Of a stretch of 64,000 nucleotides of DNA, positions 1 through 13,589 are shown in pieces. The DNA lies in assembly GCA_964016885.1 (NCBI GenBank), contig OZ024741.1, positions 331,824,001-331,888,000 on the forward strand, written 5' to 3'. Within the stretch, counting starts at the first letter, position 1, and each line of letters opens with the position of its first letter. Origin of the DNA: Eledone cirrhosa (Eukaryota). Below the pieces are notes generated by a model that was given only the letters and a program-made list of their open reading frames with translations, was not told the DNA's origin and did not search any database. The translations under genes were made by a program, and so were the position numbers.

Positions 1-16
1 TACCCCTTCTATTCAC

Positions 17-150
17 ATACACACATGTGTATATCATGCACTGTTCATTTTCCTGACGTTTGTACATTACTCTATGTACTATACATACACTTTTTGATGA
101 GTTGTAGTGCACCTGAGCACTGTACACAATATTTCATTATTATTATTATA
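17..150 (+). mobile_element. 3' UTR/tail fragment of a CR1-type LINE
   Basis: Reverse complement of ~590-722, which is the 3' UTR of the CR1 fragment below. Ends in a (TAT)n tail. Confidence 0.75.
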
Positions 151-589
151 TATATAAGCATATATACATCAGCTTTTATGGATTACTTCTGGATCCTTCT
201 ACTTTATATTTATGTCATACAAAATAAAAACAATGAAGGCATCTCTAAAAATCTTTAATATTTATTTTATTACAATTTATTTCATCCTTATAAAAAAAAA
301 CAAAAACAAAAGCAAAAACAACAACAACATAAGAACAACAACTACCACAGCAATAAAAACATTAAGAAATAACAACAACAAACAAACTAATAATGAAATG
401 ACTAGAAATAATAAAAAAACAAAAAGAAAACACTTTAATCCCACAAGATTTAACATTTGTGCCTGGGTAGGGGAGATACTGAATATGAAATCATCAGGAG
501 TGTATCTTTTTTTCATCATCATCATCATCAGCATCATCATCATGATCTTCACCATCATCACAATCATCATCATCATCACCATCATAATA

Positions 590-1085
590 TAATAATAATA
601 ATGAAAATATTGTGTACAGTGCTCAGGTGCACTGCAACTCATCAAAAGTGTATGTATAGTACATAGGGTAATGTACAAACGTCAGGAAAATGAACAGTGC
701 ATGATATACACATGTGTGCATGTGTATGGAAGCAGGACATCAGGTGTAGTTTTGGCAAATTTCGGGAAGCATGAGGGTCTTATAGGATGCAGTGTCTCGG
801 CAGCTAACAACTGACGCAGGCAGTTTGTTCCATGCTTCAGCAACTCTGAGCGTGAAAAAATGTTTCCGAAAGTCATGGGAGCTGTGCTGTTTTCTGACTT
901 TGTAGGCATGTCCACATGTGTTAGACACATGGAGATGAAAAAGGTGCTCAGGGTTGTTGTTGGCGAGATGGTTAATAACTTTGTGGGTGTTTACCAAGTG
1001 TATTGCCAGACGTCAGAGCTTCAATGAATCCATGCCCAGGGAAGCAAGGCGTTCAGAGTATGGTAGGTGTCTGATGGACGGTATC
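590..1085 (-). mobile_element. 5'-truncated CR1-type LINE (RT C-terminus plus 3' UTR)
   Basis: Minus strand reads LPYSERLASLGMDSLKL*RL...NTCGHAYKVRKQHSSHDFRKHFFTLRVAEAWNKLPASVV, a typical CR1 ORF2 C-terminus with an internal stop. Confidence 0.85.
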
Positions 1086-1089
1086 TGCT

Positions 1090-1669
1090 ATCACCATCAT
1101 CACCATCGTCACCATCATCATCAACATCATCTTCACCATAATCATCATCACCATCATCCTCATTACCATCATCATCTTCAACATCATCATCAACATCATC
1201 ATCTTCACCATCATTATCATTACCATCATCATCGTCACCATCATTATCATTACCATCTTCATCATCATCATCATCATCATCAACATCATCATCAGTATAA
1301 TCATCATCATTACCATTATCATCTTCAACATCATCATCATCACCATCTTCATCATTACCATCATCATCATCTTCAACATCATCACCATCACCATCATCAT
1401 CTTCACCATCATCGCCATTACCATCATCATCATCATTATCACCATCATCATTTTCAACATCATCATTATCACCCTCATCATCATTACCATCATCGCCATC
1501 ATCATCATCTACACCATCATCACCATCATCATCAACATCATGTTCACCATAATCATCATCACCGTCATCATCGTTACTATCATCATCTTCATCACCATCA
1601 TCGCTATTACTGTCATCATGATCATCATCATCATTGTAATTACTATTATCATTATCATTATTATTACCC

Positions 1670-1701
<32 letters not shown>

Positions 1702-1770
1702 ATCATCATCATCATCATTATTACCAATATCCTCATCATCGTCATTATTATTATTATTTTACCATTATTA
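1090..1770. repeat. degenerate (CAT)n/(TAT)n microsatellite
   Basis: Directly visible. It generates the poly-His/poly-Met ORFs. Confidence 0.95.
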
Positions 1771-1978
1771 TTAAAATTCTTTCTTGCTGCCATTGCTGTA
1801 ATCTAGTCTTGTAACTTGAAGGAATATGTGCCCTCCACTAACTCACTTGCATTCTTCCCCCTCCTCACCTCTCTACATCCACCTCAATCCCTGTGTCACT
1901 GCCCTATCATTGCCAATAGCATGGAAAGCAAAACATGAAAGACAAAGAAATATATATATATATATATATATGTGTGTG

Positions 1979-2129
<151 letters not shown>

Positions 2130-2188
2130 ATGTTGATTCAAAACTGCACTATTCACAAGTGTTTTTTAACCTTCATATCATGTCTTCC

Positions 2189-2259
2189 TATTTTATCTGA
2201 TGAAAACACAAATATTATTGCATGATGATATTTGTTTTTGAAATGCGCATAATAAAATA
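2189..2259 (+). ncRNA. minimal type-I hammerhead ribozyme (canonical core)
   Basis: TATTTTAT-CTGATGA-16 bp stem II-GAAA-TGCGCA-TA-ATAAAATA. Stem I is 8 bp and stem III is the palindrome ATGCGCAT. Confidence 0.85.
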
Positions 2260-2289
2260 CATGGAACTCTTTTAACCATCTTTTGATCT

Positions 2290-2339
<50 letters not shown>

Positions 2340-2693
2340 CGAAGGAAATGTGGTAAGGAACCAGGTGGACCATAACGCACCAAAGTACTCAATACTTAGG
2401 GTAGTAGAGTGGGTAATAGGAACAAGTAAGATCCCAAGTCTTTTACTTTTAATGCGTAACTTATAAATTCTTTAATTTTTAACCTTCAATCCCTAACTCT
2501 TAGGCCCTTTTCAAATTCTCTTAACTCCCTATAACCCATCCCTTTTACAACTCCTACAACTAATATAAAAGAGCTCCCTTAGAATATAGACCCCAAATAT
2601 ACAAGCGAAGCTGTTGATGTATACCACAATTTCAAACTGCTAATCTTGAGTGAAACGTTGATGTAAATAATGAACTTACAATCACCTGTTATA

Positions 2694-2740
2694 TGCCTTG
2701 AAAAGTCCCACCATATGGTCGGATGAAACGGCTGTCGGCA
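2694..2740 (+). ncRNA. minimal hammerhead ribozyme, U3-A8 core variant
   Basis: TGCC-TTGAAAA-GTCCcACCA..TGGTcGGAT-GAAA-CGGCTG-TC-GGCA, with a GUC cleavage triplet. Confidence 0.7.
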
Positions 2741-2786
2741 ATAAACTTGTTATAATGTCATAATAGTTCCTTTGTTCTTTTTCATT

Positions 2787-2817
<31 letters not shown>

Positions 2818-3006
2818 ATATACTATATATATATATATACACATGTATATATATATGTATATATATATGTATATATATACATATATATACATATATATAT
2901 ATATACATATTTATATATACATACTTTGATAACTTTGATAGGTTTCGGCCAGTATTGGCCCAGGCCATGTCTAACTTAATAGCACCACCTGGCGAAGTCT
3001 TACAAA

Positions 3007-4875
3007 TCAGTGTTTGGGCACCATGGCCCACTCGAGCAGAGAGTTATTGTTTACGGAGGCATATCTGGGTGTAGGAGGCTTATCTGGGATTTCTTGCAGG
3101 AATTTATCCAAAGACTTCTTGAACTTGATGGGGTCTGTCTCTGCTTTGATGTGTTTTGGTGTAATGTTAAAGAGTGCAGGGCCAATTGAGGTGAAATAAT
3201 TGTGCTGTATTGTTGTTATGTGATGTGAGTGGGATTTTTGTCGTGGGCGGATATCACGGGGCCCAAGCCTTGCGTGTACACTAAAGATGATGCCAACATC
3301 ATTTGGGCTAAGCTGATGGAATATTTTCCACATCATACAGATAATGTAGCGCTCACGGCGACGTTGACGAGAATAAAGTTTTAGCTTTTCTAATCGACCC
3401 CAATAGTCAAGGCCTGTCATGCCAACTATCTTTTTTGTAATTGACCTTTGGGGTGCTTCAACTTTCATGATACTTTGTTTCGTGTGGGGTGACCACAGTG
3501 GACAACAGTATTCAAGGTGGGGTCGGGCAAAAGTGGAGAAGAGAAGGCCAACAGTGTGGATATCTCTCGACTGGAAAGTTCTGAGAATCCAGGAACACAT
3601 TATGCGGGCCATATCAACTTTGCTGTTTATATGAGTGGCCCAGCTTATATTGTTGTCCACAATTACTCCCAGGTCTCTGATGTTATTGGAAGCCACCAGA
3701 GTTTCACCCGAAGGAAGAGAGTATGGTAGTTTCAGAGCATCCTTTTTTCCAAAGTGGATTAGTTCAAATTTATCCTCATTCAACAGCATATTATTCATCT
3801 CTGCCTGTTGGATAACAGCCAGTAGGTCTGACTGAAGGCAAGTCCGGTCACCCACCTCACTGATGACCCTTTGGAGCTTGGAATCATCTGCGAAGATTCT
3901 GATGTTACTGTGTTTGATGATGTCAGTAATGTCATTAATGTAGATGATGAAAAGGAGTGGGCCCAACACAGTGCCTTGTGGGACGCCACTGCGGACTTTG
4001 ACAGGGCTTGATTCTACTTCTTCGACTACAACATGCTGGGTTCTGCCTGTCAGGAAACATTTGATCCACTGTAGTAACCTTCCAGAGACACCAACATAGG
4101 ATAGTTTTTTCAGTAGAATCTTATGAACAACCCTGTCGAAGGCCTTGCTGAAATCAAGGTAGATGACATCAGTGTTGGAGCCCTCTCCCAAGGCTCTCAA
4201 AACATCGTCAAAGTGATGCAGGAGCTGCGTTAGGCAGTCCCTTCCATTACGGAACCCATGTTGGTTGGAGTTCAGCAGGCCTTTGCTTTCAAGAAAGTGG
4301 GTTATTTGTGATCTCACCACCCTCTCAAATACCTTGATAATATGAGAGGTGAGTGAGATCGGACGGTAGTTCACTGCAAGGGACTTATTTCCCTTTTTGA
4401 AGACTGGGACAACGGACTGGGTCAGAAAGTTTTCAGGAATATAGCCAGTGTCCAGTGAGTTCCTCCACAGATTAGCAAGAGGAGTTGCAAGTTGGTGTTG
4501 ACACACCTTCAGGACACAAGCAGGGAACCTGTCGGGGCCTACTGCTGAATTGTGTTTAATTTCGTTTATTGCCGCTAAGACATCAGGGGCGCCAAATGTT
4601 ATGTCTGATATAGTGTGTTGGAGATTAACATCACTGATACGGCCCAGATCGGCCATATCAGGGTTGCTGAAAACAGAGCAGTATTGTTTCTGCAGTATCT
4701 CGCCCATGGTTTTGGCATTGTCCTGGAGTGTGCCATTTTCATCAACTAGGGGGCCAACAGTGGAGACGGTGACCTTGTGTTTTTTAGCAAATGAAAACAA
4801 CACTTTGGAGTTGAGTTTTATTTTCTCAATGGCCCACCTCTCTTCAGCTATTCTCTGGTTATTGATGATGGTCAT
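3007..4875 (-). pseudogene. reverse transcriptase part of LINE ORF2
   Basis: Motifs NYRPISLTS, QHGFR, YLDFSKAFD, GVPQGTVLGPLLF, FADD, RPHLEYCCPLWSP. Confidence 0.93.
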
Positions 4876-5149
4876 TATGCATGGCTGGAGGTTATATTTT
4901 TTTTACTCAAGCAGGGTGATAGCCATTGAATGTGTGTGTTGCTGTTGGCAGTATTTTAGTGTGTTAATTTTTTTGTTTGCTCTTTTTATTTTTCTGATAA
5001 TTGTTTTTCTGTTTTGGGGGATACTGCACTTGGTTTTTTTCACAGGTTTTGGTGGGGTGTGTTTTGTACATATATTTGTGACAGTGTCTACAAAGATCTG
5101 CCAAGACGTTTTGATGTTGGTGGAAGTGTGTAAAAGACCAGTCGACATG

Positions 5150-5960
5150 TGATAGTTCGTTCATAATTGCATCCCAGTTTATATTGTAGAGATTCATGTT
5201 ATCAAATGGGTGGGCTGGGGAGAGGACCCTGGGATTAGCTTTCGGCTGGTGGAATCTCAGGTTACAAAGAACCATGTCATGGTCTGAGAGAAGGGTTTTT
5301 TCCACTGTAATATTATGTACAGTGTTAGTGTGGTTACTAAACACTAGATCCAGAATGTTCTTCTGATGCCTCGTTGGTGCAAGGACAAGTTGTGACAAGA
5401 AAAACTCATTCATGAAGTCAAGAAGTGACTCGACAGCCTCTTTGTCAGTGGTTGAGGCTGTGGAGCCTGGTTTCAAACTACATGTAGACCAATCAACACA
5501 GGGTAGATTAAAGTCTCCCATTAAAAGTATGTTGCTAGAATGGCACTGTTTGATAAAGCATTTAATACTGTTGAGGCATTCTTTGAAACAGATTATGGGT
5601 GTTTGTGGTGGCCTATAGAGCCCAACTAATGTCAGGTCATTGGCTTTATTCTGCACAGTGACTGATTCACAGTAGCCATTGGAGAATGTTGTGTTACCAT
5701 CTGCCATAAAGGAATCATGCAGGAAAATAGCAGTTCCACCCTTCCTTCTGCCAACATGATCCGCACGGATGGTTGTGAAATTTCTCACTCTTACTTCGGC
5801 CTCCAAGTGGGAGTTGTCAAGGTGGGTCTCAGTAAGAATGAAGAAGGGGATGTGAAATGGATGGTTACCAACCCAATTCTCAATGAATTGGATCTTCCAT
5901 TTCTGTGCATTGATGGATGGGCTGATATCTTGTGTATTGAGTAAAAATGTGGAGGCTAGT
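5150..5960 (-). pseudogene. APE-type endonuclease part of LINE ORF2
   Basis: Motifs ILTETHL, GLYRPP, LMGDFNLP, ILDLVF, SDH. Frameshifts near 5150 and 4900 separate it from the RT. Confidence 0.9.
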
Positions 5961-6557
5961 GTGGTGGCTGGTTTTGACTGTTGCAGGGGGCTTGTTTTGT
6001 GAATGTTGGTGTTGGGTGATGGCTAAAATGTTTTTCTCTATTTCTTTTGCCAGGTTCATAGCTAAAAATGAAAGATTTTTTTTTTGTTCAGGGAGCAGTT
6101 TTTGATTAGATTTGTGGTTACAACATTGGATAGGGTTGCAGTTCCCTCTTTTGTTGTTGTTGTTGTATTTGTTGTAATTGTGTCTTTGTGAAAAGACTGG
6201 AGCAGCGTTATTTTTGTTGTTGTTGTATTTGTTATTGTTGTGATCGTATCTTTTGTGACAAGACTGGAGCAGTATTACTTTTGTTGTTGTAATCATGTCT
6301 TTGTGAGGAGACTGGAGCAGCATTACCGCAGCAGGGGGTGGCTTTATTGTGGTTTGTGGGTTGGCATGAAGGCCCTTTTCTGTTCATGCGTTGTGTCCCA
6401 GGAAGATGAGTGAAGGGACAGTCAGTCAGCAGACATAGCCTCTCATGTTGGGAATGTTGGCAGATTTTGGGACTGCGACCTATACGTGCAGGCAGCGTGC
6501 TTTGGTGATGGCTGGCAGTGTTAGTGCGCCTAGTACCCGGTAAATGTATATACATGA

Positions 6558-6730
<173 letters not shown>

Positions 6731-6735
6731 TACAC

Positions 6736-6772
<37 letters not shown>

Positions 6773-6822
6773 TATATATATATACATGTATTTATATATA
6801 TATATATAAATACATGTATATA

Positions 6823-6869
<47 letters not shown>

Positions 6870-6972
6870 ATATATTATATACACATGTATATATATGTAT
6901 ATATGTATATATATATACATATATATACATATATATATACATGAATATATATATACACATATATACATATAA

Positions 6973-7041
<69 letters not shown>

Positions 7042-7044
7042 TAT

Positions 7045-7295
7045 CATCATCATCATCATCGTTTAATGTCTATCTTCCACGCTAGCATGGGTTTAGACGG
7101 GAATTGTCCCACTCGAGGCAAGAGTGGTTGTCATGCTCATATAGGACTGTCTGGCAGGTGTTCTACGGCCGGATGCCCTTCCTAACACCAACCACGTTTA
7201 CAGTGTGGACTGGGAGGTTTTTACCGTGTTACCTACATGCCCACATTACAGCGTGGACTGTGTGTTTTTTTGTCGTGACACCTACACGACCTCAT
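7045..7295 (-). mobile_element. 3' module of RTE-tailed non-autonomous retroelement
   Basis: Contains TGGTGTTAGGAAGGGCATCC core and (GAT)n tail. Similar to 11848-12137 and 17800-18088. Confidence 0.75.
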
Positions 7296-7496
7296 TTATA
7301 TATATATACATATACATATATATATAATAAATGTAATCTGAGTTTTTCGAATATTAATAATAACATTCGATTCGTTTGCAATTTTGCAAACAAGCCTCAA
7401 TTTTATAGCCATGTCAGTAGAATGAACACTTCATTCTTGCTCTTGTGTTGGCATCCTTTTTCTTTTTCATATATATATACACAAAAATATATATAT

Positions 7497-7528
<32 letters not shown>

Positions 7529-8544
7529 ATGCATACATACATTCATATGTAGATCCAGAGTTAAATCGGAGGTAACCACAGTAAACATGGTACTCAATAC
7601 CTTAGTGTGAACCAGTAATGTACTGGGTAATTGCTGGCCTTGTGCCTAAAGTAGAAACTATTTAATATAGAAATGGCTTCTACAAGACTAGAACTCTTTC
7701 TTTCATATGAAATCATCATTTCTATATTACATGATAATTATATATATATATGTGTGAGTGTATGTACCCGCATGTGTATATATAAAATATATATATATAT
7801 TTTCTTTACCACCATTATTATGTTCACCACCATAATATAAACATGTGTATATATATATATATATATATATATGATATATATATTATATTTAATATATATA
7901 TAATATATATATATATATAATATATATATTATATATTTATGTATATACTCGTATATATTTACAAATATGTATATATATATATTTACATTAATATGATATA
8001 TATGTATACACAAGCACACATATAGATGTGTGTGTGTGTGTGTGTGTGTGTATGCATATAATATATCCAAATAAGCTATGATTCAGTTCAGTGGTCTGAT
8101 AAAGATGTTCATCATTTGTAGCATGAAATTTTATGTGCTGTTATAATCTTTCTGAGACAGAGAGCTGAGAAACTAACCTAAAAAACTAAAAACCTAAACC
8201 AGATTAAATTGAAATGAATGTTGATTCTCATTTCTACATTTTCCTGCAGAGAATTTTCTATCTTCTGCTTTTTCTCAAACTGTTTTATTGTGTTAGGAAA
8301 TTTCATTTGTGTCAAGTTTAAGATAATCTCTTTTCTGATAATCATTAACTTGGATTCTTAGTCTAAGGAAGTTTATGGGAGGAGGAGGAGGAGGACAATA
8401 ACAACAAAAGTGTCTTCCTTTCACTGAATAAAGCTGTATCTTTGATAACAAAAAAATATATTTATGCCTTAGACTTTGCTGCTGATGAAAAAAAACTTCA
8501 ACAGGGCTGTTCAATGTAATATCTACATCTCTGCATTAATATTA

Positions 8545-9152
8545 TTTTTGTTAGAAAACTTGCCAAACACAAAGTCGAGAGAACTTTTCAGTACACTCTG
8601 AAAACACCTAGTACACTCTGTAAAGTGGTTGGTGATAGGAAGAGTGACCAGCTATAGAAAACCTGCTAAACAATGAGTCAAGAGAACTATTCAGTTGTGT
8701 CAAATACATGATGTGACAACCTCCCTGGTGTTAGAAGTGATCTACACAAAAATACACCCAGCACAGTCTGTAAAGTGGTTGGTAATAGAAGTGTATCCAG
8801 CAGTAGAAAACGTGCCAAACACAGAATCAGGAGAACTCTTCAGTACACTCTGTACACATCCAGTAAACTCTGTAAAGTAGCTGGTGATAAGTGTGACACC
8901 CAACCATAGAAAACTTGCCAAACAAAGAGTTGGGAGGATTCTTCAGTGGTGTCAAAGGCATGACAATGTCCCTAGTGTTGGTGATCTACACTATAAACAC
9001 ACCCAGTACACTCTGTAAAGAGGTTGGTGATAGGAAAGGCATCTAGCTGTAGAAAACTTGCCAAAAAAAGGGTTGAGAGGACCCTTCAGTCATGTCAAGA
9101 TCATTGAAACCTCCCTAGTGTTAGTGATCTACAAAAACACACGCAGTACACT
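8545..9152 (+). repeat. degenerate tandem array of SINE-core-derived units (~100-190 bp)
   Basis: Recurring CAGTACACTCTGTAAAGTGGTTGGTGATAGGAA...GTAGAAAACTTGCCAAA, about 4-5 times. Confidence 0.75.
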
Positions 9153-9216
9153 CGAAGCAATGTAAGCTGAGGTATACCTGTACTGCGAAGTAGTTTGTTG
9201 AATGCTCTACCAATAC

Positions 9217-9392
9217 TTGTTTCTATTTTTGGCACAAGGCCAGCAATCACCCAGTACATTACTGGTACTTTATTTTATCGACCCCGTAAGGATAAAAGGC
9301 AAAGTTAACCTCGGCGGGATTTGAACTCAGATCGTAAAGGGACGTAACTATGCTGCAAAGCATGGCGTCCGACTCTCTACCGATACTGCCAA
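9217..9392 (-). mobile_element. tRNA-derived SINE family A
   Basis: Reverse complement of 13861-14047. Confidence 0.85.
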
Positions 9393-9838
9393 ACTAATAC
9401 TGCCATTCCATCACCCCTAAACACAAAGGTTTATATAATAATCAAAATTAGCAAAGTAAATGTGAAATGGTGTAAAATGCACCTCATAATATGCAGAATC
9501 AGAGTAAAGATGCAGCTGACAATGTGCAGCAAAGTACAGAAATATGAGCAATTTTAAGCTTTAATGATGAAGTTGCGTAAAATTGAAATGAAATTGAAAA
9601 ACAGAGAAATTAAATGAAAAGTATGTAATATTTTTTATATGAATAATTCTGATGGAGAAGGAAAATATCAAGTAGTTGTGATGGCTACTTAGGAATTTAC
9701 ATATAAAGTAGTTTATATTTTATATTTTAATATCCTCTATTAGCTTAAATATGTGGCAACATAAATATGCACATCTTTGTTGTGTACACACATACATGTA
9801 CCATGCAAGCATGGAAAAATGCTAAATGATTATATATA

Positions 9839-9938
9839 CTGGAGTCCCCCAAAAATGAATACACACATTGATTACCTTTACAGGAAATATTTATTAGAAT
9901 ACTATTCAAGTGTGTATACAATTTTTGGGGACACCCTG
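9839..9938. mobile_element. Tc1/mariner-type MITE
   Basis: Imperfect TIRs (CCCCAAAAATGAATACACAC / GTGTGTATACAATTTTTGGGG) with TA on both sides. Confidence 0.65.
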
Positions 9939-9954
9939 TATATATATGTGTGTG

Positions 9955-10034
<80 letters not shown>

Positions 10035-10499
10035 AACAATCACACACACATATGTTATACAGCGGTGTATTTGAAATCATATATAAACATATACGTTTAT
10101 ATACAATAAACATATGGGTAGCTTCGCTGCCAAAGAAAAATGATGAAATGAAATGCCAATTAAATGTTATATATACATATTTTATATACCTATGTGTGTG
10201 TGTATGTGTGAGTGTATGTGTGTATGTTAAACCTCTATTGGGTCTGACAATGAGTGTTCCAGTTATTTAATCAAAGGCACCATCTGCTCAGGAAATTAAA
10301 GTGTAGGTAACTGAGCATTCCAGAGAAACATGTACCCATAATTCTTCAGATCCATTGAATTGCAGGTACAACTCATATTTTCCTGCTGTGTTGACTAAGG
10401 CAACACATTAAATATAAACATTGATAATTATCTATTTTTAGAAACGTTGAGTGCATATATATTATTGAAAATTTAGCAGATTCAATGAATCTTTTTTAA

Positions 10500-10909
10500 C
10501 CCTTTAGCATTTAATCCAACCATATCCAGCCAGAATTTTCTCACCTCTTTCTGTTCAAACTAGCTGTCTCATACTTATGTTAAGGTATTGTTCTAAAAAT
10601 AAATAATTGTTTCTACTTTAGGCACAAGGCCAGCAATTACCCAGTGCATTACTGGTACTTTATTTTATCGACCCCGTAAGGATGAAAGGCAAAGTCAACC
10701 TCGGCAGGATTTGAACTCAGATCGTAAAGGGACGTAACTATGCTGGAAAGCATGGCGTCCGACCCTCTACCGATACTGCCAATCCACCGTTCTAAAAATA
10801 AATAATATCAAACTCTCATGGCTTCGGTATATGTGTGATAATTATGTGAAAGAAAGTGTTTACCATGGAAATACAATAGTAATAATAGAGTAATGTAAAT
10901 GCTAAAGGG
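10500..10909. mobile_element. piggyBac-type MITE with nested SINE
   Basis: TTAA|CCCTTTAGCATTTA ... TAAATGCTAAAGGG|TTAA. An empty copy in the opposite orientation is at 24571-24791. Confidence 0.85.
10608..10788 (-). mobile_element. tRNA-derived SINE family A with 18-bp TSD
   Basis: TSD GTTCTAAAAATAAATAAT at 10590-10607 and 10789-10806. Confidence 0.9.
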
Positions 10910-10918
10910 TTAAATATG

Positions 10919-11088
10919 AAAAATAGTCTTAACAAATAAGGCATAAAAGCTCCAGGATGGGAAAAAGTTGACAGCATTGCACATGGGACAGTCAATTTTT
11001 TTCTGTCCAGTGGATTTTATCACCCAAGGGATACTGTCAACTTTTCCCCATTCATGAATATTTATGCCCAATTTGTTAAGATTATTTT
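10919..11088. mobile_element. fold-back MITE
   Basis: Imperfect inverted termini of ~55 bp (AAAATAGTCTTAACAAAT...GTTGACAG / CTGTCAAC...ATTTGTTAAGATTATTTT). Confidence 0.65.
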
Positions 11089-11847
11089 AGAGTAAAAAAA
11101 AAATTTGAAGCATCTAAACTTTCATTATAAACATGGATATATCATAGTTTTTCCCTGCTGTGTGGACTAATGTAACACATTCAATATAAACATAGATATA
11201 TTTTCCTCATTATATGTGCGTTTCTCTCAGCAGGCATGGTTGGATGGTGTATCACAGTCTATGTGATTTTTTATTCAGTGCTACTGCCCTCCTACACTAG
11301 GAAGGGATCATGTCTTTTTCATCTGTCTACCTTTTGGCACAATTTCTACAGCTGGATGGTTTTTCAATTACCAACCATATCACAGAATGTAATGGTTGCA
11401 TTTTATCAGGGCAATAGCACTAGACAGCTGGTCTTACCTCCAACAAAAGTAGAATTCTCTTTAATGTATGTACACATAGATACATAAATGCATTTATATA
11501 TATATATATAGTAATATTAATGAAAGCCAAAATTCAAAGAGGGCTTAATAAGGATTATATATATAATATATATATATAAAACCCGTAAAGCGAGTATTTA
11601 TTATTAGTACAGTAGTACAGATTAAAGTTTAAGCAAAGAATCACTGCTTTAATCTGTACTAATAATATAAATAAATATATATATATTTATTATATATATC
11701 ATCACAATCATCATTATTTAGCTTCTAATTTCCCTGCTAGCAAGGATTGGATGTACCATCACAGACTGGTCACTACATACACATACATATATATATGTAT
11801 ATATATATATATGTGTATGCGTGTATATATATATATATATATATATA

Positions 11848-12134
11848 TGTTGGTGCCGCGCCATCCAGGCCGAAACAAATGAGATCGTGTAGGTGTCACA
11901 ACAAAAAAACACACAGTCCACGCTGTAATGTGGCCGTGTAGGCAACACGGTAAAAACCTCCCAGACCCACACTGTAAATGTGGTTGGTGTTAGGAAGGGC
12001 ATCCAACTGTAGAAAACCTGCCAGACAGTCCTATGCGAGCAAGACAATCACTCTTGCCTCAAGTGGGACTACCCCCGTCCAAACCCATGCAAGCGTGGAA
12101 CACGGACGTTAAACGTTGATGATGATGATGATGA

Positions 12135-12137
<3 letters not shown>
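11848..12137 (+). mobile_element. 3' module of RTE-tailed non-autonomous retroelement
   Basis: Nearly identical to 17797-18088. The (GAT)n tail runs into (TA)n. Confidence 0.8.
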
Positions 12138-12219
<82 letters not shown>

Positions 12220-12305
12220 CATATATATATACATATATATATACATATACATATATATATACATATATACATATATATATACATATATATACATATATAT
12301 ATATA

Positions 12306-12636
12306 GAGGCACATGGCTTAGTGGTTAGAGCATTGGCCTTGCAATCGAAAGGTTGTGAGTTCAATTCTCAGACCGGGTGATGTGTTGTTTCCTTGAGCAA
12401 GACACTTTATTTCACATTGCTCCAGTTTACTCAGCTGTAGAAATGAGATGATAGGGACTGGGGTCCATATCATTCCACTGCAAACTGGTCGTGGAGGTGC
12501 CACGGCAAAAAAGCACCCAGCACTCACTGTAAATGAGGTTGGTGTTAGGAAGGGCATCCAGCTGTAGAAATCAAGCCAGAATCAGTTCCCGTCCCACCCT
12601 TGCAAGCAGGGAAAAGTGGACGTAAAATGAAATGAT
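12306..12636 (+). mobile_element. tRNA-derived SINE family B (tRNA head, CORE-like region, Nin-like region, RTE-type tail)
   Basis: A box TGGCTTAGTGG, B box GAGTTCAATTC, CCTTGAGCAAGACACTT core, TTAGGAAGGGCATCCAGCTGTA, tail shared with RTE fragments. Domain names are from recalled consensus, not from a search. Confidence 0.85.
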
Positions 12637-12776
12637 ATATATATATATATATGCAAACATTTATATATATATATATATACATTCATATATACACATATAT
12701 ATTTATATATATATATATATATAGTTAAAGAATGAAGAGTAACATGGTTGGCTGTACAATAAGGGCTTTATTTAAA

Positions 12777-12887
12777 GTACTGACAATTGTTTCGTTGATC
12801 AGGTGAGCCTAGAGTTCGCTAATCGCTTGAGGTTGCGTCATTCAATCTCCAGTACATTATTTACCTCTGGTCAACACATCAGAGTAC
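12777..12887 (-). ncRNA. hammerhead-like motif, A9U variant with long stem II insertion
   Basis: GTACT-CTGATGT-GTTGAcCAG...CTGaTCAAC-GAAA-CAATTG-TC-AGTAC. A second copy is at 56534-56644. Confidence 0.65.
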
Positions 12888-13546
12888 GTAGATATAAAAA
12901 TAATTCACTCGAGGCAAGACTTTATATAGAAAAATAGTGTATAATCAAAACAATAACATCAATAATAAAATAGCGTATAATCAAAACAATAACATCAATA
13001 ATAAAACATGTATGGTAAATAGGTAGAGAAGTTACAGATGTAAAAAGTAAAAAGTAAAATATAAGATAGGGTACATTAGAAAATGCGAAAATGGAAAATA
13101 TAAATAAATAAATAAGTGAGAGCGTGTAAGTACATAGTAGTAGTTTTTGAGTAAGTGTTCTTATAAGGATTCGTTGGTGGGTTTAGTGCTAACATGGGAA
13201 ACCAGATTCGAGTTGTACATAGATATGTGTAGAGGGTTCAATAAAAGAAAAGACAATAAATTAGAGATTAATTGGTGGATACATGTATGATATTTATGGG
13301 CTAGGGATGACAGGACATTTGATAAATGCTTGTTGTAAATGTTTTGCCAATTGTTCTATCTTAATGGGGTTGATGTTGTTTCAGGGAGAGAGGGTGAAAG
13401 AAATGTTCAGAGATTTATGATCCAGTGACCAGTTGGCCGTTGGATAGCTAATAGCAGTGCGATGGTGTGTATTCTATATGTTAAAATCTAGGTGGTTCAG
13501 TACTATATATATATTCAGTATAAATATATATTCATATATATATTCA

Positions 13547-13589
<43 letters not shown>

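Larger units (their letters stand above)
2922..6545 (-). mobile_element. CR1/L2-group non-LTR retrotransposon, 5'-truncated, ORF2 frameshifted
   Basis: ORF1 remnant with Cys/His motif ([10 protein letters not shown]), then APE endonuclease, RT, a short 3' UTR and a TATCAAAGT-repeat tail. Flanked by (TA)n. Confidence 0.92.

Noticed and set aside
954-1814. 286-aa His-rich ORF
   Set aside because: Translation of a (CAT)n microsatellite joined to antisense LINE sequence.
2925-2975. GGCC-loop-GGCC-GAAA hairpin in the LINE 3' UTR as a hammerhead
   Set aside because: No CTGANGA-like strand or stem I. More likely the LINE 3' recognition stem-loop.
12306-12377. tRNA-like sequences with A and B boxes (also 13861, 37051, 38830)
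   Set aside because: SINE heads that continue into SINE bodies. No convincing cloverleaf.
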